A stretch of 63,091 nucleotides of DNA, the filler included, from Platydemus manokwari (Eukaryota): assembly GCA_037951405.1 (NCBI GenBank). It is 6 parts of 6 records of this genome, joined end to end, with 100 filler letters (N's around TTAATTAATTAA, not from the genome) between each part and the next. Parts side by side here need not be neighbours in the genome. Positions count along the whole stretch, not along the records: positions 18,310 to 29,323 come from JBBMOY010974417.1; positions 29,424 to 39,758 come from JBBMOY011144215.1; 4 more parts are not named here. One strand, written 5' to 3'. Under the pieces are notes generated by a model. That model had not been told where the DNA came from and searched no databases. It saw nothing but the letters and a program-made list of their open reading frames with translations. Below are positions 26,052-39,858 of the stretch, one piece after another (position 1 is the first letter of the stretch; the number at the start of each line of letters is the position of its first letter). Both the position numbers and the translations under genes were made by a program.

Positions 26052-26549
26052 TTGGGTTGGTGCATAAAATCGTGCGGTTTTATTTGTTGCGAATAAATCA
26101 CACCAAATTCTTGTTTTAACTAATTTGAGTTATATTTATTCCGCTGATTTATTTATTTAAATCATTTTATACTAATTTTCACTTTCATTATCCTCGTTAA
26201 AATGAAGTGTCAGCTAGATAAAAATAAACATTTCCGGCATTTACTTCTTTTCTATTTTAATCAATATTTAAACGATGCAGAAGCCACCATGTCGAACCAT
26301 CTTTCTGGTCTCACATTTGAAAATGAAGAAGCAATAACAACGTGGATTGAAGAATTTTTCAACCAAAAATCACAAAGCTTCTTCAAATGAGGGATTGACA
26401 ACTGCCAGAACGGTGGAAGGAAGTGATTGATTGTGGTGGAGATTGATTGATTGAGACTGTTATTTATAATTTTTGGCATGATTTTTATTCTTGATCAGTA
26501 TTGATTTTCATAATTATAACAAACTGCACGAACTTATGCACCAACCCAA
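26052..26549 (+). mobile_element. Internally deleted mariner element (~500 bp) with both TIRs
   Basis: TIRs ttgggttggtgcataaaatcgtgcggttt / aaactgcacgaacttatgcaccaacccaa; TA target duplications at 26050-51 and 26550-51. Transposase N-terminus MKCQLDKNKHFRHLLLFYFN is fused to C-terminus SNHLSGLTFENEEAITTWIEEFFNQKSQSFFK*GIDKLPERWKEVID. Confidence 0.93.
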
Positions 26550-26676
26550 TAGGTTATCCTTTAAGTAATATGATATTCTAATTTACGTTAAGCTTAACAA
26601 ATATTTTAATGGCTTTAATTTATTCTAATTGTTTCTTTCAATGTTAATATTTCAAATATTAATCTATATCATAAAG

Positions 26677-27824
<1,148 letters not shown>

Positions 27825-29323
27825 AAAACAAATGATTCAACCAATGAAATGTTATTCCGAAAATTATTTAGATCAATAGTATTGAATGTGTGTGTGCGTG
27901 TTGTCTCAATTGTGTCATTGAATGGATTCGTTTGAATGAAGTGTGAATGGAGTTTATATAATAGATTTCTTATCATTTATTCTCAAATACATTTTATGAC
28001 TTTTTGCTGTTTGGATGTGGGATGTGAGTTGGTGTGTGTAATGCTGTTGCTTGAATGATGGATTTTTTAGAACATATTGATGTGCCATATTGATACCCGA
28101 TTAGATTGAGTAAAAAAGGATATTTCAGTGCTTAATAATAGTGGTCAATCAAATCAAAATCATTAAACATGCAAATCGTGAAACCCAAAGTCTTAGCCAC
28201 AATGTATTTTGTATTTTATTAATATAGATTTCAAAATATTGTGCGAAGTAAGTATCCAAATTATCTGTGTCTCGCAAACAATTGATTTCCTAAAAGAACT
28301 ATTCTCGGTAACTACATTCCAAATCAAATTGTATTTAATAAATCATAAGTTTATCCCAAAAATTAGTAACATTGGTTTAAAACTGAAGATTTTTGGAACC
28401 AAACAGCACTTTCTTTTTAAGAAATTCGTTATTTAATGTAAATATTAGGCTATGACTAAGTCTCAACTCATGCATAATTACATCGTATTTTTCAAATATC
28501 AATCAGTACATTTTAGCTCTAATATTTCAAATAATGATAATAATTCGAATGTTTTCGATAATCTTGGCTTCAATGGTCTTGGATTTATAAAATCATTAAT
28601 TATCGTTAAATTTAGCTCTGCTTGTCTCTGAAGTGACTTTCATATTTGTACCATTTCTTATAGAGTCAATTTAAAAAGAAATTTCGAAAATCAATTAAGT
28701 TGTCTACCAAAATTTCCAATTTATTAAATTCAGCTGTGATTTAGTAAAATTTGATATTTTTTATATATTCTTTAAAAATTATCGTATTTCAGCTTATTTA
28801 ATTATTTTTATTTAGGATTTTCATTTATTTTTAATATTTTCGTAATTAGCTGCTACGTTTTATTTTACTTAGTGCTTTTACCATAATTAAAATTAAATTT
28901 GAAATTATTTTTAATAAATTTTATATCAATTTAATTATATATGATTTTACCTTTATATATATGGTGATATTGATTTCTGGATCTTAAGGAAATTTTATAG
29001 CTAGTAAGATGACTACACTATTGGAAAAACTAGATATTTAAAGGACCAACTCTGATTAAATTTAATTACAATTTGACTAATTTCATAATTTCTAATTTCA
29101 TTAATTTAAAATTCAATTCATATAACTGTTGGGGTTCTGGCCCAACTATTTACTTAAACAATTAATTTACATTGAAAGAATATTTGTATAAAATTTGCAT
29201 GCCAGTACGTATAAAATGCGTATTAATTTATATTGTATTAATTTTCATTTAATTTTGCATGTATTTTTATGATTTTACTTCTCTTGGATTTTTGAGCAAC
29301 AAATATTCGGAAATATTAATATT

Positions 29324-29423
29324 NNNNNNNNNNNNNNNNNNNNNNNNNNNNNNNNNNNNNNNNNNNNTTAATTAATTAANNNNNNNNNNNNNNNNNNNNN
29401 NNNNNNNNNNNNNNNNNNNNNNN
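29324..29423. other. Artificial contig linker N44-TTAATTAATTAA-N44
   Basis: Same structure as 9004-9103. Confidence 0.97.
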
Positions 29424-30430
29424 AGTTGTAGAATCTGTTGTAGCTCATCGAGATATGCAAGTTTATACCATTGCTTCAAATCCAAAGCATGCTGTTTAGG
29501 ACAGAAGAGAATGAATTTCTTCTGCAGAATCTATAATTTATCAATCCAAATTAATAATATCAACTTAAAAATTTTATATCAAGTATTCCAATCGTTAAAT
29601 CAGCTGAAATTTGAGCTTCATGCTTACTTGTAAACATGCAATTTCATAATTTTGTGATATAATAATTTATATGGAATATATACTAAATTAAACGTGAACA
29701 TAGTTGTACAATAAGCAGAACTTCTAAAAAATCAAACTTGTGATCAATTTTCCAGAAATTATATAATAGAAATGTTAATCATGTAAATATCAGTAAATTT
29801 TAATTGTAAGAATAAACTAATAACAATTAACCTATTAACAGGAAATAAATTCAAACTACTAGGACATTTATCATTTCTAAAACAATATTTTACAATTTTC
29901 CTTATGAAAAAACAAATTAACATATTGGCTTTAACATTTTTCTGTCGTTGATATAATTTCAAAATAATATTTTTATCTAGAAACCTGTAAATCGATTCAA
30001 TAAAATATTAATGAACACAGAAAAACTTTTGATAATTGCCATCATGAATAACAATGACATTTATTTCGTTCTAAAATATTTAACATTAATATAACTTAAC
30101 TTATTCCATTTTAAAAATTACAAGTTTGGTTACTTCAAAAATATCTTCATCTACATGATAAAGCACATACTGAAGATTCTGAATATATGAAAATAAGATC
30201 AACTGAGTTTAAATTATTACTGTATTTTTAAAAGAGATATCAGCCTGATTAATCTCCTCTAATTCTATGCGTAGTTTCCCATTATTCATAATCCATTTAA
30301 CGATCAACCTTAGCATTTTAAAAATTTACTTCAATTAATTTATTAAACTGATTCAATAAAACAAATTATATTTAACAACAATAACAAAGTATTCCAAATA
30401 AATTTATTAAATAATTAATAACAATTTTTC

Positions 30431-33400
30431 TCATTTAGCCTCTTTGTTCACAACATCCACTGATTTAATTGGAAAAAATGAAATCTTATTTCCACCTTTT
30501 TCAAGAAGTTGTTTCGCTTTTTCTTTCTTTTTTCTGTCCTCGTCTAACTTTTCCTAGATTTATATAAATATTAAATAATTAGAAATTTATTTTTAAACTT
30601 TATCCATAACAGCCTTAGCCAACGATGAACTGGTATATTTCTCAATTTTTGGAACATTAAACAACATTGTCTGTTCAGTAACTACACCTTCATTGGGAAA
30701 TGGAGCTGTTTCATTGTTGGTATTTGAGGAAGAAGAGGTAAATTGTGAATTATTTTCCGTTACAATAGGAACCACTGGATCACAATTAATCAAATTCAAT
30801 ATCGCATTGGAAATATGTATTTTCTAAAAAATGATAAAAAAAAATATTGAAAATTATTAAGAAAATAAAAAATTTTCCACAACCTGTGATGGAGTGCAGT
30901 TTTCAATGTATTTACGCATTTCGGTGCGAAATTCTGGAACGGAATTGAAAACTGATTCCAATTTATCAACGGGTAATTGCAGAAGAACAGCGAATGACTG
31001 CTGACCCAATTTAACACAACAACGAATAAATCCATCCCACAGAGACGAATTTTTCCAAACCTGAAAAACGGAGTTTTAAACAATATTCCACCAAATGATT
31101 GATCTTTATACTTGTTTTCTTATTAATCGGAATAAAACATTGACAACATATCCCACCATTCGAGGATACATCGAAAATGACTGCATCAATGTTCTCATAA
31201 ATAGGGTGGGTAACACGGGTAAATCCAATAATTGACCAATGACAATAGAAAGTCTTTCTTGGGTGAAAATTGGCTTTTCTCGGAAACAGAGTTTACTAGC
31301 CTCAATAACGACTTTTAATTCGACATTGACAAACTCCAATTGATGAACAGCAACTAATAACTCTTCTGGTAATATTGGACTCGTTCTGACAATGAAATCA
31401 CCTTTTACTGCATCAAATGCTTAAGATAAAAATAATAATATTGAGAGTTTCGTATTATTTTCAATTCTCAATTACCTGAAACATCTAATAAACGACGAAT
31501 AACTTCGACAACCAGTTTCTCATTTAATACAACCAATTTGGGTAAAATTTCAATGATCTCCGTCTGAATCATTTGAATACAAATAATCAACTAATTAATT
31601 TCATGTCCAAAAGGAATGTTTTTGATAATTAAATGTTATTTACATATTTTAAAGTTCATTTTATAATTATATAATGAAAAATACTATGAAAAAAAAATCA
31701 ATAAAATATGTGAAAAAATAATTATATTCGATTTAGCTAAAACACAAACCATTATTTTGTACATTAAAAATAATATATTTTGGTTATAAGTTATGGTTAA
31801 CAATGAAAGATATGTTTAAATATAATTAAAAATATATATGATAATGTAAATATTTATACCAGATAATAATATTTGGTTATAAAATATCTATAAATTGGTA
31901 TTTCTAAAACTTCTCCAAAATTTCTTTTCCATGAAATCTCATAATAAAAGCAAATTGATATTTCACCACATGTGTTTTATCCTAATGTTTTATCCAAATA
32001 CAAATAACATTTTGAACGATATAATTTGTGAGTAAAAATGAAAATTCTGATTTATGCATACCATTTAGGAAGAAATTTTTGAAAAAGATACAATGTTCCA
32101 AGGGAGTATTAATTTAATCAGAGAAAATTATTTTAATGTGATTATAGTTAAATAAGTAAAAAACAATCGAAGACACAGTTTCACCATCGAATAAATGTTT
32201 CTCTTTATCAGACCAGACCCAAACTTTATTAAACGTTATATATAAACTGACCGATAATTTCGTATAAAATAAAGAGTCAATGTGACTATCAAATGAATAG
32301 TTTTTCAACCTCATTGGACACAGAAGAGAGACATCAACAACATCAATATTGCGTTTATGGGAATATTTTAAGGACCAATACTTAGAAGATTAATAATGGA
32401 TTTTCAGTGCATGACAAATAAATATTAACACGAAAATATAATATTATGTTAAAAATGATATCAGTGATTATCGATTATTAACCAAATAATAATTATATAA
32501 ATTCAAAAAATACATTTCTTACATTTTTTTAAAAGATTTTATAAAATTTATTAATAAATTAAATAAATAAGCATTAAAATTATAATTTAATTACCTTGGT
32601 TAACCCTTTCAAAATAGGAATAATCAAACGAGCATCGGAAAATTTGTTGTGATATATATTCTTCAATCTTTCCACCAGCAATGGTGAAGGCAAAGCTGAA
32701 ATATAATAAAATCAAAACCAATATATCATTGGGCTGAAAATTGATCGAAACATACCCTTATCAGTGAGTATGTGAATAACTCTGATAATGAGAACCACTT
32801 GATTCCCATCACAATTCTCAATTAATCTCAAAATCTCTTCCGATCCCATTCCCATTTCTTTAATCTGTCCAAACAAATCATTATTGTACAATTATCTCTC
32901 AAATCACAACAACAAAATATTACTGGAATATCAATCATTTTTAATATCGTTCTTTTCACTACTTGACATGATTTCACAAATACCTCTGCCAACCTTAATA
33001 ATCAAATAATAATCAAAAAATATTTCCAATAATTTCCTTAAATGATAATCTGATTAAAATTTATCAATTACAATTATAATCAAATGATTCACACAACATT
33101 TTATCAATTTGTTTTGTTAAATATTGATTTCATATCATTTCACTTAGACAAAACTATTTGATAATGAATGGAAAGATCATTTGATGATATATTAAGAAAT
33201 AAATTGACCGAACCATGCCAATAGAGACAATTTATTGTAGACTGTATTGGAGAATATTTGAATAAACTTGGCCAAAAACGATTCATATTAACCGGACTTT
33301 ATTATATATATGGCAAATACATGAAAAATTATATGAATTATAATTATTATGAAAGATAATAATAACAATAATATAATGAATAATATAACACTTACAAATG

Positions 33401-36400
33401 AATCAATGAATGATTAACCGGCATCAAAGCAAGGAACAAATATAAACACGGCCTCACAACCTCCTCCGTCCATTCAGAAGGAATCGAAGTCATATGTTGT
33501 AATGGCTTGATATCATTGGTGGGTTTGGGTTGAATTAAATAGTTGAGATTAGATTTGGCTTTATCCTGCAAAAAACAAACACGAAATCAACAGCAATTGA
33601 ATGCAGAGATAAGCTAAACAATTATTACTAGCACTTCTTCTGAAGATTGTAGAGAAACCATGAGAATCCATTTGGCAGTACTCAATGCCGCTGATCGAAC
33701 TTCAAAACAATCTTCCGAAGAGAATTCCAAAATCATCGATAACAATTCCTTGCGCTGTGCAAGCCGATTATTGAATAGCTCACGTAAAATTTGGAATCCA
33801 TAATCAGCATTCACTTTAGCCGAACAATACGATCGGAGTATACTCAGAGCTCCTGGAGTAATCAATGGTGCTTCGAGAAGCATACGACCAAAATATCTAA
33901 AGTTTCAAACAACAAGAATATCTATTTTTGATTAGAATCATCAAAGCCATACGTTTCCTTGACATCGGATGTGATAAGTTCCTTCAATATTCCAACAAGT
34001 ACTGCATCATAATCTTCAAGTGTTGCTAATCGTGGAGTGATTAGATTTTCTCTGGATTTTCCAGGAGCCAGTTGAAATGCTTTATATTTGATGAATTCTT
34101 GCATCAATAAAAATAACAGAATATCAAATCGGTTTTTGATATCTTTCATGCAATATTTCAAAAGGACTAAATAATATATAATCATTATTAATAATTAATG
34201 GTAATATAACTTTAAAAATAATATAAAAAATAAAAATATATAAATTATAATATTAATTTAATATATAAAATTTATTATATTTGATATAATTACTAAAAGT
34301 TTTGTGTTTATTATAATTAAATAGTGTTAATATAATTATCATAATAATTATTATTACAAATAAATCAAAAATTACACGAATACAATTCCGAACCACCAAA
34401 TAATGCTGACGGTAACGAAGTCAGAATCTTATGTCGACCAAAGTACCATCGAGGCATATTGAGATTATCGACGGAATACAAAGCCAATGAATTGTTAGTA
34501 TTAGATCGACATCTCTTAAGAACGTTATCCAAAAGAGGCATTGCCAAAATCCGTTCATATGATTGACGAACAACTTCTTGCATTGATTCAGGTGACAGTG
34601 GTTTTGTAACGGATCTCAATTCGAACGGTTTCAAGTTGGGCTGATGTGATTTGAGAAGGGTCATCTGATCTGAAATGAATGAAATTTTATGTAAATACAT
34701 AATAAAGAGTCGAATAACAGTACAGTATTAATGTATATGAATGACATTTCCAATATCAGTGAGAACTAAAAAAACGTTTAAACAATTCGACCCAATCATG
34801 ATTGGCAAAACATGAGACAGAGAGAGAGAGAGAATGAAATGGTTAATATTTATAACAAAATGATTCTGAAATGAGTCGTTTTGTTATTTTTTATTATTGT
34901 AATCAATGAAGATATGAAAGATTTCGATCTTGTTGAAATGGAGAAATGGGATTCCTTTATATATAAGCAATATTAATAATATTTGATGTGCTTTTTAAAA
35001 AAGTATTTTCAAGCATTTCAAGAGAATTAGACAACAACATATTGATTTATTACGTAACATCAATAAACCCCTATAAATATCTACTATTGCTATTTACAAA
35101 CCTAAACTCATAATTATTTCACAAACCCTTATACACATATTGATGTTTATTAATAATTTGATCCACCAATTATATGACAATATATCACAAAAACCAAGAC
35201 AATGAAACCAACTTTTAGCGTTTGAATATCCTGGCATGTGGAAATCATCAAGTATCGATTTGCCTGTCGTCGATTCCTGATTGGGAACTTCGCGTTTTTC
35301 CTTCGATTCCAATGAGAAATAACCAGCTGAAACCAATTGGGCGGACAATAATCGTGAGAGATGTGAAATTTGAGACTGTGTTCCAGCAGCAGCAATCGGT
35401 GTATATGCCGATTGAAAGGCCGGAGGCATAGTATCTGGTAACATCATCATGCTCAACAATACAAGATCGGTCACATTGATAACGGTATTCAATTTCGGGA
35501 TCAATTCTTTTGATAATTGTTCCACGTAATTTGGTTTTCGAGATGGTGATTTCTGTTCATAGGATGAGGGTGCGAATTTTTTGATAACACTATCATTGTA
35601 TGACAGATCTGATGAGTCTGATTGGTAATGAGAACTGGATTTCAAACGTTTACTGGTCGTATTATTGTCTTCTTTGTATTTACGTTTCATCGATGATGAT
35701 TCGGTGGGTTTCGGTAATAATCGAGTAATCTTGAAATGATATTATTGAAATAATAATCAAATAATTAATAATTCACATCAGATTGAGAAACACCTAAATC
35801 TATTAAAAGTGTTGTCACTTGACTTAAATATTCTTGACAAGATGGATGTTTAAGTAGAGACAATAAACTGCCCTTTAAAGCTTTTCGAATCGAGTTAACT
35901 TGAATTTCACCAAGTCTGTCGGGCATATTTACTAATTTATATCAATATAAATCGATCATTTACAACAATTACCATGAGTCAATTCAAAGCTTTCAATAAC
36001 TCTCCCCATAAATTGAGGTCGTTGGCGTGCAATGTTCGTTAAAGAAGCAAGAACAGTATGAATGTGTGAAGATGAAAAATGATTGTGATTGAGAGACTTT
36101 ATCAAAATATTAAATAAGATTAAGCCAAATTGTTCCAATTTTTCGATTTGAAGGCAAGGATAAGGTAAATCGTCTGGGATTTTGTCTAAACTGAGATCAT
36201 TTTCTCTGCCCTTTGGTATATCTGAGTCCGGATAACGTTGTGATTGTAATATAACAATAGACTGGAGTTTTGAATTAATTTTAATTTACAATTTATAAAA
36301 ACCACCTCCATTAACTTAATTAACATCAAAACCATGCCACCGTTTTTAGAATCGACTTTTTTAATAAGTTTTTCCACAATATACATACAATATTGAAATG

Positions 36401-36935
36401 CATCAACATTATCTGCACTTGCACACTTGGTTTTTATCGTTTGAGATAGAGTTAAAGGATAAATTGTCATCATTGCAGTTGCTAATTTTTTCAAAACACC
36501 AAAACTTTCATCATCTACTAAGAAACGCAATCTTTCTACTGATTTGGACACTAAATCATTATCACATTTACTGAAATTAAAAATTTAATAAAGATAAAAA
36601 TTATTAGTAATTTAGACCATGCACTTTCTATAAATTCAACGACCGTAACTCTGACATTTGCATTTCTTTCAATTAATAAACCTAAAATATCCTAACAAAA
36701 GCCTAATTAAAATATCAAATTTAAAAGGAAAAAATTATCGGCACCTCATAAAAATTATCTAATAAACTAGGATCTTTAAAAACTATTAATTCTTTAATTT
36801 GATTTATATTAGCTGCTTTTTTATCGGGATCCGAAGTTTCTATAGTAGAATTACATAGGTCAACAACCTAGATTTAAAATTAAAAATAAGGTTCATAAAT
36901 AATATAAGTACTCTATCAAAAGTGGACTGTGGCAT
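30431..36935 (-). CDS. SYMPK: Symplekin (scaffold of pre-mRNA 3'-end processing), multi-exon, apparently complete
   Basis: Spliced N-terminus MPQSTFDR|VVDLCN...IKELIVFKDPSLLDNFYE|DILGL...VVEFIESAC. Internal LTNIARQRPQFMGRVI, VTDLVLLSMMMLPDTMPPAFQSAYTPIAAAGTQSQISHLSRLLSAQL and LLEAPLIT. C-terminal [36 protein letters not shown]. ATG at 36935, TGA at 30433-30431; not every internal junction was verified. Confidence 0.93.
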
Positions 36936-39604
36936 AAACAAATTATTTATAAAATTTAATTTTAATAGATTTAAATAAGAAGGAAAATTTACAAATTAAA
37001 ACAAATATTTGGTAAATTTCAATAAATATAGTAAACGATAATTAACGATACTTCAATTATGATTGAAATATATAAATCTTAGTTTAAACTTTAATTTAAT
37101 TTCCATCTTTTTTTAATTTTTACACTGAATGCCAAATCATGTCTCAAAATATGATTAAAAATTTTGAGTGAAATAAAAAAAATTAAAACAGACAAATTAC
37201 TAATTTGGCCAAATTTGATATTCTTTGTTTCAAACAATTTTGCAATCTGACATTATCTTCCAAGATGTCACAACCAGACGTATAGTATACCACTGATAAT
37301 GAAAATTTTAATTTGAATTAGCTAACTAAGTAAGAAATAAATCAATTTAACTCTCAACGAATTTTAAAACAATACTAATCTTAAACTCAAATAAGATTAT
37401 CTAAAAAGTTTTTTTCGAGTATACTGTTATCTTGACAATTATCACAAACAAGATATTATATACATATAATTATTTATGAACTGAAAGCTTGCGATTTTCT
37501 TGAATTACAAAATTAGAAATTTAAATTGTAGAAAATCTTATTGAAAACAAGAATCCTAATCAAGTGACGCTTCTTATATTGATCCAACTGATAAAATAAT
37601 ATTGCCACAGCTTAATGTAGATTTTTAAAAATGAACAAGTTAATCTGATTTTCGATTCAATAATTGGTATTGATAGATTTCCTCAACTGTTTGAGAATCG
37701 AATGAAACGATATTTATTCTTAATGCAATGAGCCTCAAGGCCAAACCAAGGAATCCCTAAGGGATGTAAATCCATGACAATTCACGTTGTTTGTACTGTA
37801 GATATTGTGAATGGACATTATCCCTATTAAATTAACTCCAGACTCAAAGACTACAAATTTGGATAACCTCTCTGAGAAAGAGTGGTATAAGCAGGATGAA
37901 GTATCACAGAAAGGCCTGAGCACTAACTTTATAAAGGAACGACAACCATAATCGAAATAGATGAATTCTAATCTGAATTTAAGGGGAAATCTACAACATA
38001 AGTCCCACGTTTGCCGATATTTTATCTATAAGACAAAATACACCATCTTTATACAATCCTTTACTTATTTTATTTTTGTATTTTGCCAACGTTCTGTTGT
38101 TAGCGTATATTCTATCAATTCTTATTAAGAATTTAACTGGATGAACTTCATTGTATTGAAATATTGAAATTTTATAAATAAAGTAAGAAAAAATATATGA
38201 AAATAAATCATCTGCATTTTAAATAAATCCTATCCAATTAAACAAAATTCACCATTTTTTTAATATATAGTGTTTGGATTTGGTTGATTTTAAATATTTT
38301 GGTTAGCAGGGGCTTCAGTGACCGGTATGAAGACCAAATTACTGGGAAAATTATGAATTAAGACTGAAGATATGTCGTGCAGAAGAACTGTCGTTGCTCT
38401 GAGTCTGAAACTATAAAAACCGTAAATCTCGAATGAAATCGAGTTGCTTTATAGTAATGTTTATATTGGTAATAGATTTGAAAACTATTTGATTAATTCC
38501 CTTTACTGTAGAAATTGTAATTAGTATTTGCTAGATCGCTATAGTTAAACACAATTGTTAAGACAAGATTGTTTATTAATAATGAAACCGAGATGGAACA
38601 ATTAATATGAAAAATAACAAAAAGATTTTAGTAGAATAACCAGTACCTTTGCTTAAGCAATTAACCGGTGAATCCGTAAGACGGACGAAGCAGATTAATG
38701 AATAAAAAGAAGAATATTATCGACACCGTTATAATTATAGGAATGTAATATGATGATTAATTATAGTTAAAAATTTAGCAATGTTAGTTATGAAATGATA
38801 TGATTAAGTGTTAACAATCTAAAAACCCTTTCTGCAATGAATCCTTAAACAATCCGTGAAATTTAATCAGTAGCTCGAATGTCGATGTAAACAATAACTC
38901 CAATGGAAGAAATTTCTGTCGTCAAATAAATTCCCGAAAGAAATTCGAATTGTGTAAAATTGCTCTAAAGTTGAATATTGTTGAATATTCGGAATCCACT
39001 CATTGAAAAATAGTGTGTCTTAACGGACTATGTCTATTGTATTTATAGGCGCTTGGGTACTTCTACCATCATGTGCCTGTTTTATTTATTTATCTGTTAA
39101 TAAACATTAATTATCTAAATTAACCATATTGTTTATTTATTATTATCCCTCTATTTCCATTATTAGTAATTTTATGCAATAATAATTATTATAGATTTTT
39201 ATGTAATTATTTGTTTATATCATTTATATATTTTTTCCTAATTATGTTCTCCTTATTAATATACATTTTATTGAAATAATTTTTCTGCATATTCTGCTTT
39301 TATTTTTCTTTTATGTTTGTTGGTGTTTTGGCCGAACTAGTTACTTAAAATTTTTATTTAATCAATGTGTATTTTTATGACCTTAGCTTTCTTGAGCAAA
39401 TAACAGTTCGAAATATTGATATTTATAATCATAACTATTTATATTTATGTAAAATAATAATACCAATAAAATTAACAGTATCAAATCCATCGAAAATTCC
39501 CTAAAATAATAAATTAATTTATAAAATATTAAGTTGCAATGAGATATCGCGCATTAACAGCGACAAATCAATTATGATCTGTTTCTGCGCATGAAGATTT
39601 TATA

Positions 39605-39750
39605 GCAGAATAAAATATATCACTTGATTAAATTTAATCGAGAGATATTTTCTCTGCCTAATAAATTTATTCAGAGAGAAATTCTCTCACCAGTGAATAA
39701 ATTCACTGGCATTAAATTTAATCGCAGACAATATCTGCGAGTGATTCACT
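39605..39750. repeat. Array of consecutive short palindromes/hairpins at a contig end
   Basis: gattaaatttaatc within a longer gcaga...tctgc stem; ataaatttat; gagagaaattctctc; ccagtgaataaattcactgg; attaaatttaat; tcgcagacaatatctgcga. Confidence 0.75.
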
Positions 39751-39758
39751 GCCTATAT

Positions 39759-39858
39759 NNNNNNNNNNNNNNNNNNNNNNNNNNNNNNNNNNNNNNNNNN
39801 NNTTAATTAATTAANNNNNNNNNNNNNNNNNNNNNNNNNNNNNNNNNNNNNNNNNNNN
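39759..39858. other. Artificial contig linker N44-TTAATTAATTAA-N44
   Basis: Same structure as 9004-9103. Confidence 0.97.

Noticed and set aside
30796-35431. Alternative-frame and antisense ORFs within symplekin (likewise 27162-27380, 47386-47786, 57660-57848, 58183-58404)
   Set aside because: Shadows of real coding exons or of intron/exon junctions
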